From Pseudomonadota bacterium (GTDB lineage Bacteria; Myxococcota_A; Polyangia; Fen-1088): DNA of 64,000 bases. The notes under the pieces are model-generated. The model was not told the DNA's origin. It worked only from the letters and a program-made list of their open reading frames with translations, and made no database searches. The stretch is from contig JADGRC010000193.1 in NCBI GenBank assembly GCA_017881245.1, positions 21,747 through 85,746 on the forward strand, written 5' to 3'. Every line of letters starts with the position of its first letter. Within the stretch, counting starts at the first letter, position 1. The translations under genes and the position numbers were made by a program. Shown piece by piece: positions 17,747 to 26,895 of this stretch.

Positions 17747-19441
17747 CTACTGCGCGTTCCGTCGTGTGAAATGCGGCTCCGCGGCCAACTGCGTGAAGGC
17801 CTCGGCGATTCCGATCGTGCCCGATTGCAGATCCGGGACCTTGCTCGGGCCCAGACACGCCTCGTCGGTGCCGAAGGCGTAAGTCGCCAAATTGGCGGAC
17901 AGACACTCATGAACGACCGGTTGATTCGCGAGGCCCGTCACCAGTTCCTCCTCGCTCTTGAACGAGAACAGGATCGTCCCGTCGGCCGTGGATACGGCTC
18001 CGGAGGAGTCGATGGGGAGACCTGATTCGTTTTCGCGATAGCGCCCCCCTTCGTCGAAGTGCTCAAAGCCAAATCCGATTGGGTCGAACCTCTGGTGGCA
18101 GCCGGCGCACGCCGATCCCATTTTCGCGTGAACGTCCTCGTAGCGCTGCCGCGTGGTTTTCTGGCCCGGCGCGGGCGAGCCAATCTGGGGGACGTTCGGC
18201 GGTGGGCTCGATTTCTTTTCGCAGAGCAGTTGCAGGTAGGGGAACAGGCCCCGTCTCGTGGGCGACGACGAATCGGGGGAGGCATGCGTGGTCAGGAACG
18301 CTCCCTGCGCGAGGAGCCCGAGGCCGCGACCCGCCGGACGGGTGATCGTCGCGAGGTTTGCGGCGGGCGTGGGAAACCCGTAGTACGCGGCCAACGCCGT
18401 AGTCAGGTTGGTGGTGGGCGCCGTCAGGAGCTGCTTCATTCCGCCGCCATGTTGCAGAACCACGTCGTCTATGAAGGCGCGTGTCTCGTTGACCATGTCC
18501 GCGCCCACGCTGGTGAAGCTCGGGATGTTCGTGCGCGTCACCGATGAGACGCCCGTGTAGCCGAGATATCCCTCGAAGAAATGCTGAACGGTCTGTTTGC
18601 CAGCGGGGGTCGCCAGCATCGCCTTGGCTGTCGCCACCACGTCACCCAGGTTGCCCGCGTCGGCCTGGGCCAAGAGCGCCTCGCTGGGCGTCGAGCCGGT
18701 GTACGTGTACGACAGCGCCGTCGCGATCTCATACGGCGACAACGCGCGGGTACCGTCGCCCTTGTCGGCGCCCATCTCACTGCGATAGATGGCGTTCGGC
18801 GACTGGATGAGCCCGACCGCCAGCCATTTGAGCGCTGTCTTGAAATCGGACTTGGCCTTCGAGGCGTCGAAGAACGCGAGATAACGATCGTGTTCACCCT
18901 GGGTGAGGGGGCGGCGAAACAAACGCCGCCCGTACTTGGTCAGGAACTGGTCCGCGCAGGCGCGATCCGCCGTACTGGTCGAACAGGGCAGGAGTCCCGA
19001 AAACGAGGCGCCCGTCAGCGCGGTTGCGACCGATAGGGCGGTGTCCACCAGAGCCCCCGCCAGCTGCTTGCCGACTGTCGCCGAGGCGTCATTGTCGAAG
19101 CCGTACGAAGACAAAGTGTTCGACGGCAGCGTTCCGGTCCATTGCTGCTTTAGATCCGGAAAGACGTCCGACAGGGAATTCTCCATTTCGTTTCTGGTGA
19201 GCAACCTCAAGGTGGGGCTGCCGAGCGACGGTTTCACGCAAGCGAGCGTGAAGCCGGTGCTACCTCCGCTTGTTGCGGAGCCGCCGCCGCCCAACCCGCC
19301 GCTTCCCGTGACGCCGACGCCGACATCGTTGCCACCGTCGTGAGCGCCCCCCTGTCCGTTGGAATTTCCCGCGCCCATAACGCCGCCATGGCAAGCTCCG
19401 AGGCCGAGCAACGGCGCGAGAACCCACGACCAGGCGCGCAT
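17747..19441 (-). CDS. PSD/PSCyt multidomain lipoprotein (DUF1595/1587/1592/1588/1585-type) with one CXXCH haem motif
   Basis: Start set at the ATG at 19441 (MRAWSWVLAPLLGLGACHGG, lipobox), which forms an ATGA overlap with the upstream stop. A Gly-rich linker follows. The C-terminal region SACAGCHQRFDPIGFGFEHFDEGGRYRE is typical of the PSCyt3/PSD2 region. Confidence 0.8.
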   Translation of the reverse strand: MRAWSWVLAPLLGLGACHGGVMGAGNSNGQGGAHDGGNDVGVGVTGSGGLGGGGSATSGGSTGFTLACVKPSLGSPTLRLLTRNEMENSLSDVFPDLKQQWTGTLPSNTLSSYGFDNDASATVGKQLAGALVDTALSVATALTGASFSGLLPCSTSTADRACADQFLTKYGRRLFRRPLTQGEHDRYLAFFDASKAKSDFKTALKWLAVGLIQSPNAIYRSEMGADKGDGTRALSPYEIATALSYTYTGSTPSEALLAQADAGNLGDVVATAKAMLATPAGKQTVQHFFEGYLGYTGVSSVTRTNIPSFTSVGADMVNETRAFIDDVVLQHGGGMKQLLTAPTTNLTTALAAYYGFPTPAANLATITRPAGRGLGLLAQGAFLTTHASPDSSSPTRRGLFPYLQLLCEKKSSPPPNVPQIGSPAPGQKTTRQRYEDVHAKMGSACAGCHQRFDPIGFGFEHFDEGGRYRENESGLPIDSSGAVSTADGTILFSFKSEEELVTGLANQPVVHECLSANLATYAFGTDEACLGPSKVPDLQSGTIGIAEAFTQLAAEPHFTRRNAQ

Positions 19442-20937
19442 CACGACAAGGCCTCCGTGACCACGCTCGTGGCATTCGGGAAGGTGACGGTGCCCGCCCC
19501 CATGGCCCTGGCCATCGTCAGGTACAGGTCGGACGCGGGGCGATTGACCCTCGGCGCGTTCGCCAGCGAGTCGATCGGGAACGCAATCACCTGGCCACTC
19601 TTGATGGCCCCCCCACATTTGCCAATCGTGACCAGCGGCAGATGCGCCGGCACCTCTGGGAACTCCAGCCCGCTGACACGCGTGTGGCCTTGACCGTCGC
19701 CAATCTCGCTCATCCAGTAGATGAGGGTGTTGTCGAGAACCTTCGTTCCAGGCGCCGCCGGATCGTCGGTGCTGGCCAACACACTGACGATGTTCTTCAC
19801 CAGTTGTTGGCTGAACCAGAGTTGGGCCTTGGCGAACGACGCTCGCGTTTCGGGCCTGTAGTTGTCGGTCGTGATGGGTGAATTGTATTGGGCACCGTCC
19901 GCCCACCCGGGAGCCGTGTGTGACAACGTATTGTGATGCGAGCCGGGCGAGCCGGCGAACCCAAAATCAAAGTCGCATGTTGCATACATCGGCATCAAGC
20001 CGATGACCTGCGCCGCGTTGCAAATAATCGCCTGCGTCACAACCTCCATCTGGGCCTGGAGAATCAGCGGAAAATTCTTCTCCTGGTAGAAATAGTCATT
20101 GCCGCCACTCGGATCGATGATTTGGCCGGCGCTGGCCGCCCGCACCATCTCGACGGTGGGCAGCGTTGGTTTCGCCGAGCAGATGGACTGACCCGCGCCC
20201 AGGTCCGCATCCGACTGCAGGGCGGAAATCGCCTGCAGGTGGGTCTGCAACTTTGTTTGTTCCCTGGTCAGGCCAGACAACGTCTTCTGCAGTTCCGATA
20301 TGTCCGTCGCCGTCAGGGCCAACAAGTCCTTGCGCAGTTGCACGTCGGCATTGACCGGCGGAGCCGTGGCACTCGAACCGCCGAATAGAGTGTCCGCGGC
20401 CTTGACCGGGCTCTTTTCGGGGTCGACCGCGGTGCCATCCCAGAACAGCATTCCGTTCGAGTCCAGGCCAAACGGTTGGTGAGAGCACGCTCCGAGGATC
20501 AACGGCTTGACCCCGATGGCCTTCGCGATGACGTGCTCGACGGATACGCGGCTGGTGGTTGTGTCCTTGACCATGTCGCCCACCAGACAGTTCACGATTC
20601 CCGTGTGCGTGTCCGCCGGGCCGACGTACTGGAATCCCTGGTACACGTTCACGTAGGGCTTGTACGGCTGCAGAGGTCCCAGGATGCTGACGTTGGTCTG
20701 ATCGAGCGCGAAGTTCGTGGGATCGCCGGCGACGACTCGCGGGTTGTAGTGTTCGGGCGCAATCCCGTGCGGCATGAAGAAGACGAAGAAACGCTTCGGC
20801 GGTGGCGTGGTGGCCGCCGTGGCCATCCGTCCGAGGCGAGCGGCGACCGGCGCGGCAAGGCCAGCCCCGATGGCCGCGAGAAACATTCGGCGTTCGATGC
20901 CTCTGATTGCACGGAGCAGGCGGGGATTGGTGGGCAT
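19441..20937 (-). CDS. DUF1552 (HXXSHH-family) Tat-exported protein
   Basis: Twin-arginine signal (GIERRMFLAAIGAGLAAPVAA). GSPGSHHNTLSHT motif. GGAGA Shine-Dalgarno sequence 8 nt upstream of the ATG. Confidence 0.8.
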   Translation of the reverse strand: MPTNPRLLRAIRGIERRMFLAAIGAGLAAPVAARLGRMATAATTPPPKRFFVFFMPHGIAPEHYNPRVVAGDPTNFALDQTNVSILGPLQPYKPYVNVYQGFQYVGPADTHTGIVNCLVGDMVKDTTTSRVSVEHVIAKAIGVKPLILGACSHQPFGLDSNGMLFWDGTAVDPEKSPVKAADTLFGGSSATAPPVNADVQLRKDLLALTATDISELQKTLSGLTREQTKLQTHLQAISALQSDADLGAGQSICSAKPTLPTVEMVRAASAGQIIDPSGGNDYFYQEKNFPLILQAQMEVVTQAIICNAAQVIGLMPMYATCDFDFGFAGSPGSHHNTLSHTAPGWADGAQYNSPITTDNYRPETRASFAKAQLWFSQQLVKNIVSVLASTDDPAAPGTKVLDNTLIYWMSEIGDGQGHTRVSGLEFPEVPAHLPLVTIGKCGGAIKSGQVIAFPIDSLANAPRVNRPASDLYLTMARAMGAGTVTFPNATSVVTEALS

Positions 20938-21143
20938 GGGGACCGTCTCCTTGGTACCAAGACAGCGGGGCCGCCGAGATGCGGAAGTTTCTGGGGACTA
21001 AGGCTGGAATTCCCTGATCGAGCGTCGAGGTTAGCAAGAAGAGCGGGGCAAGCGCGCGGATTTGGGAAGTTGGCCCGGGCCGGGTGTCCGATGGTTGTCA
21101 TGAGTTCTTGGAGAGATTGGCTGGGGGGTTGTCCGCGATTGCG

Positions 21144-23801
21144 TCATTGTGCGACCTCGAATGCCCGCACCAGTGCGTGACCGGCCGTGGCGCCAGGCGG
21201 CGACGGCTGTGGGATCCCCCAGGTCGGAATGCCTGTCGCCCAGGTTCCGGTCACGAAATCGCTGCTCACCAACGCACCCAGGGCGAACAGGACCGTCGCG
21301 GGAAGGTCGGCCGGAGCTCCGGGCTGTCCCGACACCACGCCGGCGCGCACGTTTGGCCCCAAGATTACGAATGGCACGTGGCGCGACGTCCCGGAGCCAT
21401 AAAAATCTGCGCGTGGGTCATCGATTGTCGTCGCGCCCCGACTGGTGAGCACGACCAGGGCATCCCCGGCCCCGGCGACAACGTCTCCGACCGCCGCGGC
21501 GATCGCGCCCAGTTCGGCCGCCGCCGGAGCGGCATGCCGATCGCCGGTGCGCTCCTGACCCAGCGCGACGACAATCAAAGCTCGCGGGTGGGTTGCCAAA
21601 AGATCGGCGACGATCTCCGCGCATCCCGCCATGTCCGAGGGGATGTTCATATCCACCTCGGCAGGGTCGACGTGGATGGCATGGAAGTCCGGCTGTCCGA
21701 CGATGGCGGTCGTCATTCCCATCGATCGGGCCGCGTCGAAAAGTGTCGGTGTCGCGAACGGATGTTCCGGATTTCGCCACGCTTCGTACCCGGCACGATT
21801 GGCCACGAAACCGGCTACAGGCGGCATCTTCAGCAGGCCCGCCCCGGGCGCCACGCTCTGCGCTGGATCGTCCTCCGCGCCGGTGACGCCCATATCCGCT
21901 GTCGGCAGACCTCCGGCCAGCAAGGCATACTCCGTGACGGGCCAGTCGCGGCTCTGCGTCCAGAAATCTTGGAAGCGCACGCCTCGGCCAGCAAGGTCCC
22001 GGAGGGGCTGCGAGACAACAGCCAACGCGGGGTCCACGAACACCTCGTCGTCGTACAGCCCGGCGACGTCGATGACGACCGCGGACCGAGCGGGCGAGCC
22101 CGCCAGTGCGGGCGTACCCGCGTAGCCACTCATCGTCAAGATGGCATCACGCGTGAGCGTCGCCGGATCCGGCAGTGGCAAGGTCTCGCCCGGATCGCCG
22201 AGCAGCGCGGTCGTGATCGGTCCACGCGCCGCCGTGGTCAGACGCGTCTCGTCAAGCGCCCACATCGCCGTGCTCGCCACCTGCGGATGTTCCACGGGAT
22301 GGGGAATCACGACGCCCCGCTTGAACGAAGGTCCGGCCAGGATCAGGGGCACGTAAAGTTCGTCGACGGAAAATCCGCCGTGTCGACCATAGGGAAACTG
22401 CGTGTGTTCCTGGAATGGACCAGGGTCGGTGTTCATGCTGTCGACCCGATTCAACGTCCAGTCGGGCAGCGGAAAAACGATGATGTCCGCCTGATTGGGG
22501 CCCGAGGCACGGAAATCCTGAAAACGCCGGGTCCCGAGCGCGCCGTCCGCGGTCATCGTCCGGGAGGTATCGAGCCCGACTATCTCACCCGATTGGAGGA
22601 GGGACAGAAGAGCGTGCGTGACTTCCTTCTGCCTGCTCGCGCCCGCGGGCGTACCGGCGCTTGGAATCCGCGCATAGATCAACGCGTCGCCGTCTTCATT
22701 CAGCATCGCATAGTCCGCCGGCGTTATGCCGAGCGCCGCGCCGCGAGTCGCGACGAGCGATCCAAGTTGTCCGTCACCAGGAAGCGACGCGTCCCCTCCG
22801 CGGGTGCCGAGCGCGACCTGACTGTGTGTGTCGACTTTCCCGTGATCCAGCGTGAAGAGGATGTCGGTGTCATCGATCAAGCGTTTTTCCGCCAGCGCGG
22901 ATAGTAGTTCCCCCAACCCCTCGTCGTAGTCCTCGATGGCGGCTATCAGACCTGGACCGTCGGCGCCGGACACCCCCGTGGGATCGTCGCTAAGCGCCAG
23001 GAAGTCCCAGATGAACATGAAACGAGGCACTGGGCTGGCCGGCGACGACGCTCGTATCCGCAGAGCCGCATCGCGCATCGTGAAGCGCGTATACGATTCC
23101 CCGGCGGCGGCCGGACCGTCGAAATGATATCGGTTGACAACGTCCTTCGGATATCCAAGCGACGTGGTCAACAGCAGCGCGGCGACGCTGGGCGTGACCG
23201 TGATTGACCCGATTGTCGCGCCGTTGATCGTCAGATGAACGTCGTCCGCGCCCGCTTCGAAGGGGGGGAGCTGTCCGAAATAAGCGCTTTGCATGGTCTT
23301 GCCGGCGGCGGCGCCTGCCCGTCCCACTGCCCGATACACGCTGTCGCCTCGAACCAGGAGGGGGTTGTTTCCGTAGACGGCGTAGTCACCGACATCAATG
23401 CCGGGCAGGTTGACAGGGGGCGCGAAATCCAAGGCCCGTGCAAGCCAGGAGTTCGATGGGACGCTGTTTCCATCTGGGTACTGTCCCGTCAATAAAGCCA
23501 TGTTGTTCTGGTTGCTGTGCGTCGGCACGATGACCCGCGAATAAGCCAAAGTTCCCCGAGCAATCAGGCCCTTCACATTTGGCGCATGGGCCATCCACAA
23601 ACCAGACAGGCCGTGGTCGTCGATATCGATTTCGATGACGTGGCGCTGGTGGTCCGGTAGTGATGGCTCGGACCCGCCGCACCCTGAGCCGAAATTCGCC
23701 TCCCAGGCTACTAGGAATATGAATGTTGAAAGCCGATGTAAGGGCCGTTGCGTCTCGGGAAAAGGGTTTGTCGCCAGTTTTGCGTTCAGCATTCGCGACA
23801 T
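21144..23801 (-). CDS. Lipoprotein with two tandem alkaline-phosphatase-superfamily (nucleotide pyrophosphatase/phosphodiesterase-like) modules
   Basis: Lipobox-like FGSGCGG. Module 1: VIEIDIDDHG...VPTHSNQNNMALLTGQYP...ILFTLDHGK. Module 2: VVIDVAGLYDD...TQSRDWPVTEYALLAGGLP...VVLTSRG. Confidence 0.8.
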   Translation of the reverse strand: MSRMLNAKLATNPFPETQRPLHRLSTFIFLVAWEANFGSGCGGSEPSLPDHQRHVIEIDIDDHGLSGLWMAHAPNVKGLIARGTLAYSRVIVPTHSNQNNMALLTGQYPDGNSVPSNSWLARALDFAPPVNLPGIDVGDYAVYGNNPLLVRGDSVYRAVGRAGAAAGKTMQSAYFGQLPPFEAGADDVHLTINGATIGSITVTPSVAALLLTTSLGYPKDVVNRYHFDGPAAAGESYTRFTMRDAALRIRASSPASPVPRFMFIWDFLALSDDPTGVSGADGPGLIAAIEDYDEGLGELLSALAEKRLIDDTDILFTLDHGKVDTHSQVALGTRGGDASLPGDGQLGSLVATRGAALGITPADYAMLNEDGDALIYARIPSAGTPAGASRQKEVTHALLSLLQSGEIVGLDTSRTMTADGALGTRRFQDFRASGPNQADIIVFPLPDWTLNRVDSMNTDPGPFQEHTQFPYGRHGGFSVDELYVPLILAGPSFKRGVVIPHPVEHPQVASTAMWALDETRLTTAARGPITTALLGDPGETLPLPDPATLTRDAILTMSGYAGTPALAGSPARSAVVIDVAGLYDDEVFVDPALAVVSQPLRDLAGRGVRFQDFWTQSRDWPVTEYALLAGGLPTADMGVTGAEDDPAQSVAPGAGLLKMPPVAGFVANRAGYEAWRNPEHPFATPTLFDAARSMGMTTAIVGQPDFHAIHVDPAEVDMNIPSDMAGCAEIVADLLATHPRALIVVALGQERTGDRHAAPAAAELGAIAAAVGDVVAGAGDALVVLTSRGATTIDDPRADFYGSGTSRHVPFVILGPNVRAGVVSGQPGAPADLPATVLFALGALVSSDFVTGTWATGIPTWGIPQPSPPGATAGHALVRAFEVAQ

Positions 23802-23940
23802 GGTACCGCGTCGCAGCGGTGCCCGGCGTCAGAGCACATCGCCCCTCCGCGCCCCTGGCAGGTTGTAGATCTTCTCGTCGACGCGACGAGCTAGGCGGCT
23901 CGATCTGCCGTCCCGCGCGACCGCCCAATAAAAAACATCA

Positions 23941-24032
23941 ATTTTCTTTGAAAATCCGCTCAGTCGAAACCTCGCAGAAACATCTTTTGGTTTACACTCA
24001 GTGGGTCACGAAACTAATTACCTAAACGGAGG
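23941..24032 (+). promoter_or_regulatory. AT-rich putative promoter/operator region with a strong Shine-Dalgarno sequence
   Basis: Inverted repeat ATTTTC-TTT-GAAAAT (23941-23955). -35-like TTTACA (23991-23996). Weak -10-like ACTAAT (24013-24018). GGAGG (24028-24032) sits 10 nt before the ATG at 24043. Local G+C is visibly far below the surrounding sequence. Confidence 0.35.
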
Positions 24033-24042
24033 ATTGGCACAC

Positions 24043-24366
24043 ATGGACGCGACCGAGGGACGTCGGGATGGGGGACAGTTTGATTATGGGGTTTACGGCC
24101 ACGAAGGCGGTGAGTCAGTGGGTCGGAAGAGCGACCCGCAAGACCATCTGGTTAGTCTGTTGGCCTTGGCACGAAAGGATTCAGGGACGTGGGAGGACAG
24201 GGGAGGGGATGAGTTCGATGGGATTCGTTCGGAGGTGGACTTTCGTCGCGCCATGGCGATCGAGGAAGAGCGACTGCGCGGCACCTGGACGCAGCGAATC
24301 GTCCGCGCCTTGAATGCGGTAAGCGCCATATTCTGGAATTCACGGGCATTGCGCCTCCTGCGCTGA
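24043..24366 (+). CDS. Orphan small acidic/basic protein (107 aa), no recognisable family
   Basis: Preceded by GGAGG. Open frame MDATEGRRDGGQFDYGVYGHEGGESVGRKSDPQDH...IFWNSRALRLLR. Third-position G+C is lower than in neighbouring genes, so coding status is uncertain. Confidence 0.4.
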   Translation: MDATEGRRDGGQFDYGVYGHEGGESVGRKSDPQDHLVSLLALARKDSGTWEDRGGDEFDGIRSEVDFRRAMAIEEERLRGTWTQRIVRALNAVSAIFWNSRALRLLR

Positions 24367-24505
24367 CGTCGCCCGGCGCCAAGACTGCCCGGGTTCAAGC
24401 GGCGTGTCGTGCAGGGCAGTCCTAATCGACGTTGCCCTTTCGTGACTCCCCGTGATAGGGGTGTGCGGACGCGTTTCGTCGTCAGCGACGATGTCGTTCG
24501 CATTT

Positions 24506-25000
24506 ATGAGGCATGTTCATCGCCACGTGTTTCTAGTTTTCGCGGCGGTGGCCATGTTGTTCGTGGACTGTCGCTGGATTCGGGGCCGGACGCACGCGGG
24601 CACGGAGGGTGGAAGTTTGGGCGCGGCCGGGCAGGCCACGCCGCCGCCCGTCGGGTTCGGGCTGGCGCGGCCAATCTTGCAGCGTGCCTGCGCCGCGACC
24701 TGCCACGATGGGCGCGCGAGCGCCGCGGATGATTTCTTGTTTAAGGACGATGGTGATCTTTACGGGCGCTTGCTTGATGCGGCTCCGCGCACGGTGCCGC
24801 CCGCTTGCCAGAATCGGCCGCTGGTTGTGCCGGGGTACCCAGACCGCAGTCTGCTTTTCGCCATGATCGGGGAGCCCGAGGGCCCGCGCGCCGGCTGCGC
24901 CGAGCGGATGCCGCACAGCTGTCCGGACAAGCGCCCCTGTTTGAGTGCCGCCGAGATCGAATCCATCCGGGCTTGGATCGAAGCGGGCGCGCCGCCGTGA
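24506..25000 (+). CDS. Small exported PSCyt1-like (planctomycete-type cytochrome c domain-like) protein
   Basis: Start at MRHVHRHVFLVFAAVAMLFVDC (lipobox-like). ILQRACAATCHDG...VVPGYPDRSLLFAMI...RMP...LSAAEIESIRAWIEAGAP follows the PSCyt1 layout, but the Cys pair is CX3CH rather than CXXCH. Confidence 0.6.
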   Translation: MRHVHRHVFLVFAAVAMLFVDCRWIRGRTHAGTEGGSLGAAGQATPPPVGFGLARPILQRACAATCHDGRASAADDFLFKDDGDLYGRLLDAAPRTVPPACQNRPLVVPGYPDRSLLFAMIGEPEGPRAGCAERMPHSCPDKRPCLSAAEIESIRAWIEAGAPP

Positions 25001-25030
25001 TTCGCGCGGACATTTCTCTCGCGGATCGCT

Positions 25031-25948
25031 TCAGCGCATGGGGCGGGAGGCCTTACCGCGGCCGGAACCAGGACGCCGGCGCGAGGGATCGCGCAGCGGC
25101 TTTGCACTCTTTTCCAGAGCCTGGCGCAAACGTTGGGCGACAGCAGATCCGTGTCCCAGAGCGGTTGACCGGAGCCGAAGGATGGCGTCGGAGAGAGCTT
25201 TCCTGACGTCGGTGTGGTGGGACGACGTGCATATGGCTTCGAACCACGCCGGACCCCGATCGTCGGACACCATCGTGGCCACAACAGTCGCGAGGGTGGG
25301 TGGCAGGGACATCAGCAGGCGGCGACGCCCGTCCAGACGTTCCGCGGAGCGGGGGGCGTCCGCGATCTCCTGGATGACCCGCGATAGATAGACGAGCAGG
25401 CTCGATCCCGCGGCCAACGTGCTCACGGCGCGGCGATCGCCCAACGCCTCGACCACCAGGGCCGTCGCCGAGAGCCGTTTTTCAAGGTCGTCCGCCCGTA
25501 GCCAGTCCATGGCGCTGTCGACCAGGATCTGCGCTCCGCCGGCGCGCAACGCCAGGGCCGAAAGGGCGTCGAGCGTCCCCGCGCGCACGGGGCGCCGTTC
25601 GTCGGCCGCTAGATCGGCAAGGGCGGACCAGGCTTCGGGATCGTGCTGATTCTGCCGCACGAGCGCGACCCATGCGTGAGCGGCAGCGATGGGCAGGAAC
25701 ACGCGGGCGTCATCCGGCGCCGCGTCCTCGGAGCCCAGCTTCGCGAGCAGGCGTCGAGGCGCGGTCGAGAGGGCGGCGATTTCCACGCCAAGCGCGGCGG
25801 CCAAACGCAGGTTGGGTCGCGGATCCGTGCCCCCCCCGTGGCGGCAAAGAAGATCCTCCAGCACTCGCGTGTTCCCTGTGACGGCCGACGCCAGTGCGGC
25901 GCGCAAGGTCTCGCTTTTCAGTCCTTCGTCCGCCCGTCGCATCGCCAA
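25031..25948 (-). CDS. All-helical HEAT/ARM-like repeat protein, function unknown
   Basis: 305-aa ORF with strong G+C third-position bias and Leu/Ala-rich repeated helices. No catalytic motif recognised. Confidence 0.55.
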   Translation of the reverse strand: MAMRRADEGLKSETLRAALASAVTGNTRVLEDLLCRHGGGTDPRPNLRLAAALGVEIAALSTAPRRLLAKLGSEDAAPDDARVFLPIAAAHAWVALVRQNQHDPEAWSALADLAADERRPVRAGTLDALSALALRAGGAQILVDSAMDWLRADDLEKRLSATALVVEALGDRRAVSTLAAGSSLLVYLSRVIQEIADAPRSAERLDGRRRLLMSLPPTLATVVATMVSDDRGPAWFEAICTSSHHTDVRKALSDAILRLRSTALGHGSAVAQRLRQALEKSAKPLRDPSRRRPGSGRGKASRPMR

Positions 25949-26043
25949 GGACGTTACAGGGTCGCGGGCAACCCCGCAGCTGGAATGCGGCCGCTCCCAG
26001 ATTCTCGCGGCCGGCGGACCAGAGCCGCATTAGCATGTAGCCA

Positions 26044-26892
26044 ATGAGCCTAGGTCGTCGAAAAGTTGGACTAGACGAGGCTTCGCGCTGGGTTTTCAAC
26101 CGCATGGCCCATCTATACGACGCTCGTCCGCCGTATCCGTCGGCCCTACTTGATGCTCTCGCGGACATCGCGCATCGCGCACAGGGAACGGCCGGCGCCC
26201 ACATTTGCGACCTCGGCGCCGGAACGGGCCATCTGGCCTTGCCGCTCGCGGAGCGCGGATTCGACGTTTCGGCGATCGAACCCGCCCGGCTGATGCTCGA
26301 CCGGTTGCGGGACAACGCCGCGGCTCGCGGCGTCGCGCTTCGTTCGGTGCACGCCCAGGCCGAGGCCCTGCCGGTGGAAGATGCGTCGGTCGATCTTGCC
26401 GTCATCGCTGACGCCCTTCACTTCTTGGACGCGCAGTTGGCCGCGCACGAGATCGCGCGTGTCTTGACGCCGCGGGGCGCCCTGGCGGTGGTCACCTGCG
26501 AGTTCGGCGACACGCCATTCATGCGAGAGGTCCTGCGCGTGATCGAAGACGCGGTGCCACGCCGGCCACGTGAGCTGGCCCGACAGCTGGTGCACGTTTC
26601 ATCAATCACGCGGGTGCCATTGACGCGCGAGGTGCGGTTCCACGATGAGACCCCCGTCGATCACCCGACGCTGGAACGGATCCTGCGCTCGATCTCCTTC
26701 ATTGGTCCGGCGATGAATCCCGGGCGTTTCGCGGATTTTCGGGCGCGGGTGCGCGCGCTCGGCGATTCGCCGTTCTGGGCGCGCACGTTCGTGCTCAGAT
26801 TCGGGTGGCGCCAACAAAAGGCGGCGCGCGGCTCGGCGTCGACGAACCTCAGCGCTGGTAGGCACGTGCTGTCCCTATGCAAGGAGAGATGA
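26044..26892 (+). CDS. Class I SAM-dependent methyltransferase
   Basis: Motif I ICDLGAGTGHLALPLAERGFDVSAIEP, and post-I/II VDLAVIADALHFLD. Confidence 0.85.
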   Translation: MSLGRRKVGLDEASRWVFNRMAHLYDARPPYPSALLDALADIAHRAQGTAGAHICDLGAGTGHLALPLAERGFDVSAIEPARLMLDRLRDNAAARGVALRSVHAQAEALPVEDASVDLAVIADALHFLDAQLAAHEIARVLTPRGALAVVTCEFGDTPFMREVLRVIEDAVPRRPRELARQLVHVSSITRVPLTREVRFHDETPVDHPTLERILRSISFIGPAMNPGRFADFRARVRALGDSPFWARTFVLRFGWRQQKAARGSASTNLSAGRHVLSLCKER

Positions 26893-26895
26893 TTC

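Noticed and set aside
21084-22904. Very long antisense or out-of-frame ORFs: 21084-22904, 26904-27854, 29745-30950, 33410-34825, 38005-39279, 44300-45319, 46326-47216, 49307-50848 and 51700-52740.
   Set aside because: These are high-G+C shadow ORFs. Their translations are Arg/Gly/His-rich with no motifs. Each overlaps a gene with a clear family signature (AlkP, CoA-binding, Omp85, PHP, ActB, CoxB, CoxA, Hyi/GlxR, glycerate kinase).
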